Below, in pieces: positions 23,421-36,884 of a stretch of 60,000 nucleotides of DNA. Source of the stretch: Schmidtea polychroa (taxonomy: Eukaryota); contig CM097885.1 in assembly GCA_044892525.1 (NCBI GenBank), positions 32,056,001 to 32,116,000 on the forward strand, in the 5' to 3' direction. A program made the translations under genes and the position numbers. Each line of letters opens with the position of its first letter. Within the stretch, counting starts at the first letter, position 1. Under the pieces are notes generated by a model. It was given only the letters and a program-made list of their open reading frames with translations, did no database searches and was not told the origin of the DNA.

Positions 23421-24178
23421 TTTCATTGCTTTTTCTTGCTTTTCTTACTCAAATCCTGGGAAACCTTTATGGGCATCTTCAGCATGGCAAGGCCTAAAAG
23501 ATAAAATTATCACTGTCAATTATCCATGATTGATAATTTATACTAAGTTTAGCTTTGTATTATACGTTAATTATTGTGATCCAGCGAAATTGCACAATCT
23601 TTTTATTTTTAGTGACATCACTAAATAAATGCAAATTTTTACGACTCGAAAATTTCTTGAAAAGCTGAAATCTTGCCTGTTAAACTAGGCGGATTTTGTT
23701 TTCTAAATAAATTGATTATTGTCATCAACATAATTTTAATTAAATAATTAATTAATTAACTATTATATTTGCAATTTCATATGATGGGGATCTTAAATTA
23801 TTAGATTCGTCTTTATCTTTTCATTTGTAACCTATTTCCATTATCATCCCAATAAAGATTATAAAACTTAAATTTTATTTTTAAATTTTTAAATTTAAAT
23901 ATTTTTTGAATTTTTAAATTTAAATTTTTTTTAAATTCCTAAATTAACATTGCACTCTAATTATTAGTTATTTCTACAATAATAGTTGTAAGGCCGAATT
24001 CGAAACGTTTCCGGATATCCATCAATTCTGAATCCAGTAATTTAATAAATATCACATTCTACATAACATGCGATATTATTTATTTATTAATGAAGTTTTG
24101 TTTATATTATGCAATAATTTTAAAATTACAATATTTATCTAGCTATTTATAAACTAATAAATGTATCCTTTTATCTAG

Positions 24179-24303
24179 GTTACAAATCAAGTGGCGAGGA
24201 AGAACTAAGTCACTGGAATGAAATCATGGAGGGGGCCAAAAGTGAAGTAACGCACAGCCATCGACTTCATCAGAATAGCAGTTCTAAAACGTTTCTACAG
24301 TAA
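24179..24303 (+). CDS. Last coding exon of a synaptotagmin-14/16-like gene
   Basis: Acceptor CTAG|; GYKSSGEEELSHWNEIMEG...HRL resembles the SYT14/16 C2B end (SSGEEE..HW.EM). Confidence 0.7.
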
Positions 24304-25043
24304 CATTTTATAATGTTTGATCAGACAATTATTTGAGACTTTATTGGACTTATCTTTATAATTTAGAAGACAAAATTTTGTTTTGTTTTTATTTATATAT
24401 GAGATATTAACATGACTTTATAGAAACAATTGAATAATAGTGTAAATTTATTTTTTGGTAAATGAGAAGAAAATAGTATTTGAAAAATTAATTTTTCATT
24501 CAATTTATTTGCAGTAATATTGACAATACTTTGTAAAATCACCAATTTATGGTATTTTTTATTTGTTATTAGCAAGTTTTATAAATTTATTTATACACTG
24601 ATAGAAAGATTTTGCAGAAAACATTCTCCGAATTGCCAGAGTTCTTTTGTATATTCTGTTTAAATGCTCTTGATAATAAAATAAAATATATTTTAAATAA
24701 ATTCATTTTTATTTTCAAATTATATGCTATTAAAAATCCTCACTGATTTAAAATTATTTTCTTATTTTTTCATTCTTTTCCTGTTTTCATTGCTACACCA
24801 AAAAGGTATTTATTTTCAGATTTTGTAATTTCTTAATTAATTTTAATTAATTTTTCTAAAATTAAACAAAATTTTGAATATAAACAATTACTATCATATA
24901 AACAAAAATTGACATTAAAAATATTAAATATTTATTTTTAAATGACTGCTAGTTTTTAAAGGAAATTAATGTTTAAATTACTATATATATATAAGTGCTT
25001 GAATTATAAACATTTTATTTTCGTACGAATTTTATAAATAAAA

Positions 25044-25392
25044 ATGTCTTTAGAAATTTTGATTCTATTAAGTCTTAATCGTGGCCTTTTGACAGTAGAA
25101 ATAGCAAAAGGTACCGGATTTCCCAGCAATACAGGTACGGATTTAGTATATGTAATTTGTTATTTAGATCTTTTGATTTATTTACTAGAATATTGCGTTG
25201 AAGTGTCATTAAATTATAATTCTCCTCTTGTCTACAATAAAGATAATCAAAGAACGGAAAAATTCTTTGGAAATACACCTAATTTTAAAAAATCTTTCAT
25301 TTTTAATATGACAGATGAGGACCTAATAAATTCTGTTTTATCAGTAAATGTTCATGGACTAGGAATTATTAAAATTGTAAAAAAAGATAATG
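25044..25392 (+). CDS. Divergent C2-domain gene, exons 25044-25134 and 25189-25392; possible last exon ~29607-29712
   Basis: EILILLSLNRGLLTVEIAKG and PNFKKSFIF...L.NSVLSVNV are C2-like; canonical splice sites. Confidence 0.6.
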
Positions 25393-25848
25393 GTAAGTAT
25401 AATCGACAATTAGTTTGAATAAAAAATACTTATTAATGAATATAATTGGCATCAATTTTAAACCTTGGACTTTAAAAAGGTGCTCGGTTTTCTACCAAAC
25501 TAAGGTGAGTCTTTTAATAAAATAGATCACAACGGTAGCAATAAAACTTTCCATTTTCATATTTTACTTACAGAAAGTTTGCTCAGAAAATTCTGTAAAG
25601 ATACATCTAATGATAATTAAAACAAAGTTATCTGAAGCTAACCACGTCTCTTATATTTAAGGAATTTTTACACATAGTCATTGAAAGAAGTGAAATATAT
25701 ATTTATATCAGATGGAAAAATATGATTCCTCAGAAATCCATCATTTTATGTCAACAAGTTTACAAAAGTTACAAAAAAGACGTTAATTAGCACACTTTTA
25801 AAGTATCACTGCTTACTTGAAATCCAGAATTAAAATGACCATATATAA

Positions 25849-26207
25849 CAGTGTCTGCCAAACTGTGTGCCGTGAAATATTAAGATAATTTTAATCTACA
25901 ATTGAAAAAAAATAGCCATCAAGCATAAAGTTGGAAAAACTACAAAGTATAAGACAAAGTACGCGTGGATGTGTTTGTATTTGAGTGCGAATATACAAAT
26001 TGCTCGTTTGCGAGATTCTAGTTTCTTTATATGTGCATTATATCTTAATAAAATAATATAAGAATTTTTGTTATCAACACTAAAGAATTTGTATATTTTT
26101 GCTTATATTGATATATTTAATATTTCCGATATTTTTTATTTAGAGTGCCGCAAAACAAAGGTCGTTTCTTAGTGTGCAACGAACGAAAAAAGGTTTGGCA
26201 GACACTG
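25849..26207. mobile_element. hAT MITE
   Basis: TIRs CAGTGTCTGCCAAAC; diverged TSD ATATATAA/CTTTATAA. Confidence 0.8.
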
Positions 26208-29200
26208 CTTTATAATGAAGTAAATATTTGAAGTTTAAATAAGTAGCAACAAAAACTTGATATATATTTTTCAAAAATACCCTTTTATCTGTCTTTTTTA
26301 TCGCGATAAAGGCAGCACGGGAATACCTCGTTACATTTGAAATCAAATTTGATGTAGAAATAAATAAAAGTATATTAATGAAAATAAATATTAAAAAATG
26401 TTAAATGATTCATTTTAAAAAGAAAGTTCAGAAATGTTCAACATAAAAAAGAGGTAATCTCTCATACTGTGCAGTTATCATTATAAGTAATTTATTCATC
26501 ATAAATAAACAGATATTTACGAGTCATAATAATTCTGATATTGACAATTTTAACAAACATTCAAAATTTCAACACTCAACATTCTCATATACAAAATTTG
26601 AAACTGTAAATATATAAACTAACTTTTTAAATAATTTACTTTTATTAATTTTACAGTAATTTCGATTTAAATTTTTTGTTTGTTATATAAACAGCATTAA
26701 ATGTTTTATTATAGATGTCAGTGTCATATGTTGAATAATAATTTTGACAAAGGCATTAAAAGAAATAGGAAAGTACAGCAAGGAGAGTATAATTGAAAGA
26801 GTGAGTAAAAGAAAATTTTGAAGAATTTATAGTAAATAAAGGAGAAGAAACCAAAAAGTCAAAGTAAAGAAACCAGTCAAGTTAATTGAACCAAAATAAT
26901 AAATTTAACCAAGTGTCAGGCATAAGGTTTTTGATCCAGGAATACCATCTAAATGACCGAAAAAGGAATCCCTGGATTCTACTAAAATATTCCTGGAATT
27001 TGGGGAATTTGAAGAATTTGAAAAAAATAATATTTTAAAGATGAAAACTGAAATTTTACTACGTAAGCAAGGCAGTACCTGATCAGCGTTTATTGCGTTC
27101 AAAGCACGCTGGGTGCCAATTTAAAAGACGGCCAATTTGACATCATATTTCTTTTTTTTGGGCCAATTTAACATAATAAAATAAAATTCACTATTTAAGA
27201 CTTTTATAATTATATTTTTATAAAATATATAAGATTTTTGATAATTTTGGTCAACAAATAAAGGTCAGAATTTGAATAAATGTCAATATTTCTTTTGAAT
27301 TAATTTAACCGAATCCCTATTTATATTTTTAAACATTTTATTAAGAATACAATTAAATTTTAAAAAGTCAATTTAGTAATTTTTCAATTATTACAATTGA
27401 AAGTGAAATTGCTGATTCTTTAAATATTCACAAAGTGATTGAAGAATTTGATGCTAAAAATCACCTAGAATTAATTTTTGACTGTGCTATGCACATTATA
27501 TTTGTAGCTATATTAATAAACATTAAAGATTAAAACTTTATTTTTTTTCTTGTGTCATCTCTGAGACGGCCATATAAACTGACACGCAGGCGGTCATTCA
27601 CCCAGGCCCGGCTATGTACTCAAGGAGAGACTTTCATTGTTTAAAATTAATATCGACAATTGTATTGTTTATATCATAGCCGATGGAGCAATTGTGATGA
27701 ATAAAGTTGGAAATATTTTACTATCAGATGATATTTTACTCATGCCATTCAACTTGCTATAATTTCGGTGCCACGAAAGCCATTCATCCATTCAGAATTA
27801 GCTGAATTCGAAAATGAAATCAATGACGTGAAAAATATGGAATATCGAAATGATGAGGAAGAAGCAAACGATTCTGGGTCTAGTGACATATATTGTGAAG
27901 ATGGCGAAAATCTTGGATAAGATTGAGGATATATATATATCGTGATGATATAATAATGCATAGCCTATGATTGAGCAATTAAACTAACCCATGGAAAATC
28001 GTTCCAAATCAGAAAGAAAAACTCCAACAAGGGTAAAAAATACAAAAAACTACAAAAAGGAATGCCGTTATTTGAAAATGGTGGTAAAATAGAGGACCAT
28101 TTCCAAAGGGTTTATGAGTTTTTAATAACGATAAATAAGTCCAATTAAAGAATGTGTCTTTTCTTTGTTTTACTGGGAACTATTTTATTTGATTCTATTA
28201 ATTTTGCTTATCTTCATTTCTTTTAGACAGGAGGTTCTCTAACATTTTTTACTTGGCGACCCCTTTAAGGCTAACAAATATTTTTGCGACTCTGGACATA
28301 GAGGTAAAAGTAAGAATAAGAATTAACATATTTGGTGACATCAAATTAAAGAAATAATTTATTAGAAAATAATTTTTTGGTATACTTACGGATATAATTT
28401 TACTTTTCAAATAAAACAAAGTCAAATATAACAAATTAATGAGGTGATTGTTTACTTTTGCATAAACAAATTAATATTGAATGAATATTTGACACTGCAG
28501 GATGTAGATTTTTTGATTTTACATATGTTAATGCTGAAAAATGCTGCTTCGCATAAATATTTAGTAATATCGCAGTATGTTTAGAGCCATTTCAGAGACC
28601 ATTGGAAATTATATCCTAAATTCCCAGCAAAAATTCATTGAACGATTTTTAGGAAAACTCAAGTTTTATATCTGGGTCCCTTGATAACTTAGCAAATTCC
28701 TCACGAGTGTTTATTGGTAAGTAACTGACATTAATCATTTCAATTGAATATGGTTAAGGAATCCAATTTTCTTTTTCGAAATCAAAATTTGAAGAAAAGT
28801 ATTTTTGAAATATTATCTCATATGACCCGTTATAAGTTCTAGGATTATATGTTCAGAAAGCCTAGTTTCAATTATAAAAGCATTTATAATTGCAGACATT
28901 TCTAATGGCCTTTTCACCACTCTATTTTTCCATATATACACATATAATACATCACTTGTAATGCTAGGTCATGATTTTCTTGATTAAAGATTCCACATTG
29001 TCCCTTACAGTTATTTTCCAATATTCACTCTATTAGAAATACAATTTTTTTTATTCTCTACAATATTTTGTAATTTCATAATTTCTCTCTCGAATTCCAC
29101 GGAGGTGTCTTGAAACCATTCAAAGACTATATAGTATTCGATCTTTTTATCGATCTTTTTCTTCTAGTATAATTTCAATTATGAGATCCTCGTAATTCTT

Positions 29201-29829
29201 CTACTTGATGAATTATCTTTTGATGATAAAAAGTTTCTTTTTTGATATTTGAAACGACATTAAATTAGAATTAGCAAAAGTATGGATGAGTGTTAAAAAT
29301 TATTATTTCCAAAATTCAAAAATAATTTCCAATTTATGTGCAATCGATGTGCAAATCAATAAAATAACAAAACCTATAACATCTACGTTGGAAACCCGAA
29401 GCATGTGAAGAACTCAAACGATAAATGAGAAAATAATGAGATAATCCCTTTCTCTAAAATGAATAAAGAGATTAGCTTTACAAAATTTAACATTTATTTT
29501 CACTGTTATCTGTTAGTTTTAATTTAAATAATTTTGAAAATAGTCGATCCCCACAGACTAATTTTGTATTATTGCGTATCGGTATTAACTAAATATGAAT
29601 TTTCAGGCTTTGTACCTAGAGGTAAAGGAACTCAGTGGCAATGGAATCGGTTCATACAGAGAGTCAGAAGTAATACTTTTCCAAGAACTAAATCCAACTG
29701 TCAGATATTATAACATTTTGAAAACAATTTTTGATTTTGAACAATCTATCCATTTTGATTATTAAATAATTATTATGCTAACAAAACATTTATTATAATT
29801 ATAATTATTATAATTATTATATAATTATA

Positions 29830-29979
<150 letters not shown>

Positions 29980-32299
29980 GTTATTATTTTATATCCATGT
30001 CAAGTGTTGATTTTGTCATTTAATAGATTAATAGAAATTTAAAATTGGAATATAGTCATTATAATCACAAGCGCAAGATATTTAGTATATCATTTTGTAG
30101 CCGTTAAGGGACTGAAATTAGAATAAAATTATAAGTCTGATGGTTCAGATTCAGATAAAAAAGGTATGGAGATAAATGTAGGCAAAGAAATTGAGGAAAT
30201 TAAAAATAGTGATGTTAAAAATGAGTTTGATAACAAAGATCAACCCATAGAAAGGAAGTACAAGTAAAACCACACGGAACTAAAGCAAAGTAGATAGAGA
30301 CATTGAAAATACGAAATCTAGAAAATTGAGTGAGGTTAGATAAAGAGTTTGATTAAGTTGGTGTATTCAATTTTAGAAATAGAAATAGAAACAGACTTTC
30401 TAAAGTTGTACAGAAATGTGGCAAACATATACTTTCTGTGACTGAGCAGTGATTGAAAATTTAACTAAAGATGAGTTTAGAAGACAAATAATGCTAACAA
30501 GTTTAACTTAGGCTAATTTAGAAATTGGAACTCACGCTTTTATAAAGCCTGATAAATTAGACAAACTAATTGACATTGCTGTTGGAACTTTGAATGAGTA
30601 TTGAATGAAGTGGGTAAAAGAAAACAGGGTTAGAAAATTTTGAATCCACAACTTCTAACAAGGGAAAAGGAAAATTTAAAACGATATAAAATACGTATTT
30701 ATACAAGGAGTCCGATTTACGACGAACTCAGGTTAAATAATATACTGATAAACGCACAACCTTTATATTTTTCTTTGTTAAATGAAGTCATGTGAAATGA
30801 GGTGGTTATAAGTTATGTTAGTTTTATGAATTATTTTGTAATTTGGCATATGAGAAAAATCTGTAGAGCGCGACAGCGTCTCCAGTAAAAATATGTGGTG
30901 TGACAGTCGGGATGCCTGTATGTATTGCGTATTACAACCCGAGTGATTATAATGTCAAAATAATAACAAAATAATAACAAAAAATATAACTAATAAATTA
31001 TGTTTCCAACTTTTATTTGAAAAAATCAAAAAAACCTTGGTTAGGTATTTTCGGTAATGGTTTGGCTGAGGCGATTTGAAGGATCTGATGATGCTCGTAA
31101 TATAATTACTTTCGTATAATTCGTAATTATCATTTTCCCTTCTTCTGTTTGATAATTCAGGTTGGAATTCTTCAGTTAAATACACAAAAGGCTGACGCTA
31201 TAACTGTTTGCAGTGTGCCTCGTAAGGTCGTTTAAATAACGAACCAAATAAAGTCTACTTGAATCTTATTATTCTAAAACCAAGTAGACCAAGTAAACCA
31301 ACTTGAAATTTTCTTTAACAATGTCTTCTGCCTTTTAGTTGGATCCGTAGATTTTGATTTATTAGAATAATTTTCAGGGGGAAAATAAATTTAATCTGTT
31401 GTCTATAATTTCTTAATTTATTCTTCCTGATTGATTTTTTTCGAATTTTTTTAATTTTTATCAATTTGTCATTTTACTACAGCGATAATTCACTATAGTA
31501 AATTATCGCTATATATAGTTTAAATCAATAAAATACCAAAACGTATAACATCTACGTTGGAAACCCGAGGCATGTGAAGAACTCAAGTGATAAATGAGAA
31601 AATAATGAGACAATCCCTTTCTCCAAAATCAATAAAGAGATTAACTTTTCCGCATTTAATTAGCTAAGTTAATTGTTGGGAAGAGAGAGGCTGTCTGTCT
31701 AATTGTCTTGGTTTCAACAAAATACAGTTCATATAATTATTTTGTTTGCGAAAAGAGATTTAAAAAGCTTTGACAATAGTGGTGAATGGCTAATTGGCCG
31801 AAGAGAAAATTTAGATGATGGTTATTCAAAAAATAGTAAAAAAAGAAAAGAGTAAAGTTAGAATTAGTAAATAAAATCAATTAAAGATGTATCAGAAAAT
31901 GTTGTTTTCTTTTGGAAATATCTACATTAGTGCATATCAAAGTAAAAGTATTCTTGACAATATTGTTAGAAATTGTGTTAAAATTAAATAAAATCAATTG
32001 TGTTGGATATCATTGTTTTAATTCAACTACAGAGCAGACCTTACTTTAATAATACAGGAAATTTATGATACAAATCGTGATTATTTAAATCTGAGTGTAA
32101 AAACATATTCAAGACAGGAAGAGAATCGTTTTAAAACTAATCATTTTGACAACCAACGAACCTTGTGATGTAAAAGTAAATATGAATACTGGATATTTAA
32201 TTCTTCCAAAAAAACCCAAACTGTCTATGATAAAATCCTTTTATCATTATTTAATTTACTATTTTAATTAGTAAATCCAAGACATTCACTATTTATAAC

Positions 32300-32730
32300 A
32301 AGAAAGTTTCAGCACATAGCCTTTCTCTATGTATAATGCAATGAAACTTAAAAATATCTTGATCCACTCGCTGTTTAAAAGGGAGAAACAAAACATTTAT
32401 TCTTACCGCTAATGCTTGGGGCTACATCCGTCGAAACTGAAACTAATTTATTGCTGAAATTATTTTTGGTTAGAAATTTTATATATCTTCACCTCGAGTT
32501 TTGGTTTTGGAAAAAAGTAGCAATGGTAATAATTCTTCATGAATACCCCGAGTTGTTACATACCATCCCAACAGGCTGACCTTTGCAATATCTCTAATAT
32601 CTTTGGATTCATCACAAGCTAAGGAAAATGCCAGTGCTGTTATCAAGTCTTCAGTTTGTTGATTTGATGAATCCGCAATTATTTTAATGGTTCTGTCAGG
32701 AACTGCTTTATCAAATAGTTGAGTGTTCAT
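32300..32730 (-). pseudogene. hAT (GTF2IRD2-like) transposase fragment
   Basis: FSLACDESKDI...EELL...TRGEDI. Confidence 0.7.
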
Positions 32731-32835
32731 ATTATTTTTAAATATTTTATTTTTATTTTTAAATACGCTAAATAGAACTTATTGATAAAAGTAATTTGTT
32801 CCAAAGAAAGAAAACGATCTATGAGTATGTTTAAT

Positions 32836-33521
32836 CAGAGCCGTAGCTAGTGAAAATGGCGCCAGGGACGAGATTGAAATTCGGCGCCCCTGGTGCCAAA
32901 AGAATCCACCACTCCCATTAATTATGTACTTACAGGAATGGAATTGGTCTTGAAGGGTCAAATTAAGATGCAAAGCTATACAATGCCTCGCCAAACTTAT
33001 ATTATAACGAAAACTAATTAATTATAAATATTTATTATACATATTTATTAATATTGAAAATTTATTTACTCCGTATTTATTAAACCTAAGTTCAGAGTTT
33101 TGATCATTAAGTTCCTAATAAGGTTACTATTATAATATATTTGAAAAGATCAAGTGATCAACTTTAACATTTAACATTGAATTCTAAATAAAAGAAATTA
33201 AAGATAAATTAAATTAAAGATTATCATCAATTGTCCTTCCTTCCAGGTTAAGTAGCATTTTCTATGCTCAAAACTGTTTTCATGATCAGTTACATTCGGA
33301 TTTAGTCGCTCGTATGCAAAAACATCTAGATAGACCAGGAAAACAGTTTTGTTTTAGTTTAACTTTTGAAAACAGTAAACATGGAAAACAGAATATAAAA
33401 ATTTAATGAAAAAAAGAAAGAAAAGCAAAAAAAAATTTAATGATCATTTCACAGTTTTGGCGCCCTTCGACTCGGCGTCCAGGGCGGTCGCCCCATTCGC
33501 CACCCCCTAGCTACGGCTCTG
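32836..33521. mobile_element. hAT-type MITE
   Basis: TIRs CAGAGCCGTAGCTAG; perfect TSD TGTTTAAT. Confidence 0.9.
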
Positions 33522-34741
33522 TGTTTAATTATAACTTCAAACCAACATTAATGTTTTACAAACAAAAGATATAATAAATTTAATTAAATAAATTAAATAA
33601 ATTGTTTGTTGGTATTTAAAAATATTTTAACATATTACTTAAAACAATCAGTAGACACTTGGTAACAAATATTTGTTAATTATCTTTTTAATTATAGCAA
33701 ATTGGAATTATTTCCTTATTAATATTTAGGAATACGTTAAGAAAGTAAATATTAAATATATAAGTAGTAAATAGTAAGGACTCCAGCGCACTTTCAAGGT
33801 CATGGAATATCAAGATCAAATATAGACCAATCGAATCATTTATTTTTTAAATTAATATTTTATTTAATTACTTCTTTTTAATTTTTTTTCTTTTTAATTT
33901 TATTAATTAATTATTTTATTATGTTTTATTTTAATTACTTACGCTATTTAATTATTATTATTATTTTTTTTAATTTTCTTAATTAATTATTTTATTATGT
34001 TTTTATTTTAGTATTATTTTATTTATTTATTATTATTATTATTATTTTTTTTTAATTTTACATTTACATTATATTCTAACAAGAGGTAAATTATAACAAT
34101 AATATTTCAATTTGAATAAAATTTTAATTAGTAATTATTTAATTTGAATAAAATTTAATCATATTAATCATATGGGCGAACTCGAGAACGGGTAAGAATT
34201 TTTTTATACAGTTTTTTTTAGAAAATAGAGCACTAGTTACTCTTTAGTTACTTTTAAAAAGTGAAATTTCACTGCTGATGTCTAGAAATCACTCTTTTAA
34301 TAGAGTGAAGCCTGGTCAGTCGAAAAATTTCACTTCTATATTGATATACAGTTGGAAACAATCTAAGATTATTGCAAGCACGGTTAGCGAGAAAAATTTA
34401 GTAATTTACTAAACACATTTCTCTACTATTTTATCTCGCATAGAAGCAGTATTTTCTCACTGCAAACAAATTTTGTACTTTTAATCTAATCAAAAGGTAA
34501 TTTTGCAGTATTATTATAGATACCCACATACATTTGTGCAGTGTCAATTCGATAGTAGCACTTACTTTATCGAAAATTCTAGTACTGCCTCACTCATAAG
34601 CTAAACATATGTTTGAACACTGCTGCTCTTCATATATTGAGACAGTTAACCACTTGATAGTATCTTTTTATATCAGAACATTATTACTTAAAGTAAATTA
34701 ATAATAAAATCAATTTATTTAAATTTCATCAAGTTGCCGTC

Positions 34742-36437
34742 ATGCTTAATTCACGTGTATGCCTTAATCGTTTTGTAATTCCAGAAACTAAATTAATATG
34801 CCAACTTTATTTTGGCATAGCACCTATAGATCCGGTAACCAATTCATGGAAATGTTCGTGTGGAAATGTTCGTAAGCAGAACATAAAACTTGGTTACTCT
34901 AACTTAATAAGCCATATCAAACAGAAACACAAAAATTATCTTGATATGTACCACCTAAGTAAAAGTGCTAGTGTCGAAGGTGACTCGCAAGATATTGAAA
35001 ATAGTAACGAATCTCGAGAAATTGTTCCTTCTCTTGCATCACGACAGATTACTCTAAAGTACATGCTTGATACTAGATCAAAAAACATTTACAAATGGAT
35101 GGAATGGATCATAATGGATGAACATGAACTCGTTTTTTGTGAAAAAGAGTTTACTCGTGCAAATACAAATCTTGAATCTATTTCCGTCAAAACAATAAAA
35201 AAGTATATGTTTAAGGTAGCAGACAAAGTAGAAAAAAAATATTTCTCTCCAAGCTAAAGAAGCACCTTGTTATGCACTAGTATTTGACGGATGGTCTGAA
35301 AATTCTACACACTTCATTGGTATTTTTATTGTCTTCTCAGGAAAAGAAAGAGAAGATGCTCCATTTATGCATCTTTTGGCCTTTGCACCGTTACTTGATG
35401 AGACAAGCTTTAATGCAGATAATCACGCTCAATTCATTCGTGCAACAACCAATAGCTACTCCCTTTCTTTGAGTAATTTATTTTGTTTAATTGGGGATAA
35501 TTGCTATACAAACAAGGCAACAGCTAATCTTCTTGGTGTACCCCTTTTAGGCTGTCGTAGTCATCGTTTTAATATAGCTGTTGAAGCCTATTTAAACAGA
35601 TTCCTTTCTACATAAACAGATGTAATAGGAATGTTGATGTCCAAATTATCAACACTCAAGCAATCAGGCAGAATGCGTCTCATGACAACACTTCGCCCAG
35701 TCAAACGAAACGTCACACGCTGGCCTGGAATTCCAGATATGTTGGAGCGTTTTAAAAGATTATTACCACGCCTAAATAACGAAGATGAAGAACTCTTAGA
35801 ATTTATTCCAACTGCAGCACAGAAAAAAAATGTTCGTGAACGTAAACAAGCATTAGTGGACTTCAAGTCGGTTACACTATCCATCCAACGAAACGACATG
35901 ACAATAAATGAATCAGAAGTTTTATTTCAATCAATAATAGATTCATATCCAGAAATGAATTTTGCATCCTATATTGGTGAAGATGCAAAAATTATTCATA
36001 ATAAGCAATTGGAATCCGCAATCATCAAAATTCAAGGAAAAAAGGAGATTTATCTGACAGTTGAAGAAAAAGAAGAAGTAAAAAAATTGTTATTAAAAGT
36101 CGATAATAATGAAGGTGATTCTCAAGAACATTTTGAAACTTTATCTTTTGCAGAGAGGGCCCTCAAGAGACAACGATTGCAAGAGAAGCAAATGTGCAGC
36201 AAGTACATCAATACTAACTTTTTAATTCCAACATCTTGTGAAGTGGAAAGACTTTTTTCTTTAGCTAAAAGAGTATTTAGTCCTTACAGAAGAAGCTTGC
36301 ACCCTCAAACTTTAGAGACATTACTTTTTCTAAATCGAAATAAGTCCCTTTGGAATTTGACTCTAGTAGCATTAGTGGTCAATGAAAAAGATAATGACAA
36401 GGATGAAGATGAATACGAATTTGAGGAAGAATGGTAA
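34742..36437 (+). pseudogene. hAT-like transposase with BED-like finger; one frameshift (~35235) and one stop (35613-35615)
   Basis: CSC...NLISHI..KH, FDGWS, IGDNC, GCRSHRFN, TRW, PTSCEVERLFS. Confidence 0.88.
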
Positions 36438-36609
36438 TATAGTAAATTAAAACTATTTTTATTTTAATAAATATTTTATTGCTCAAACCTTAAACCTTTT
36501 ATATTGTTTCTCTTTAATATCTTATGTTGTACAAAAATCAATTTATTGCATATTTTATGGCTAGAACCTTAAATTGACCATCAATAATATGGTAATGAAA
36601 ATAAAAAAT

Positions 36610-36884
36610 GATGCAATATATTATATTAAAAAATAAGAAAATAAATAATACTATAAATTACATATCAACATAGTATTGAAAAAAATATATAATATTATAT
36701 TGTAATAAAATAAAAAAAATATATTATATTATATTGTATTGAAAAAAAAATATATTGCAATATATTATATTGAAATAAAAATATATTGCAATACATTGTA
36801 TTGTAATAAAAATATATTGCAATATATTGTATTGTAATAAAAATATATTGCAATATTTTAACAATATTATTGTGCGCAGCCTTG
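36610..36884. repeat. Subterminal ATATTGCAATAT/TATTGT repeats and probable right end (GCAGCCTTG) of the hAT-like element
   Basis: Short palindromic repeats; matching left end not found. Confidence 0.5.
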
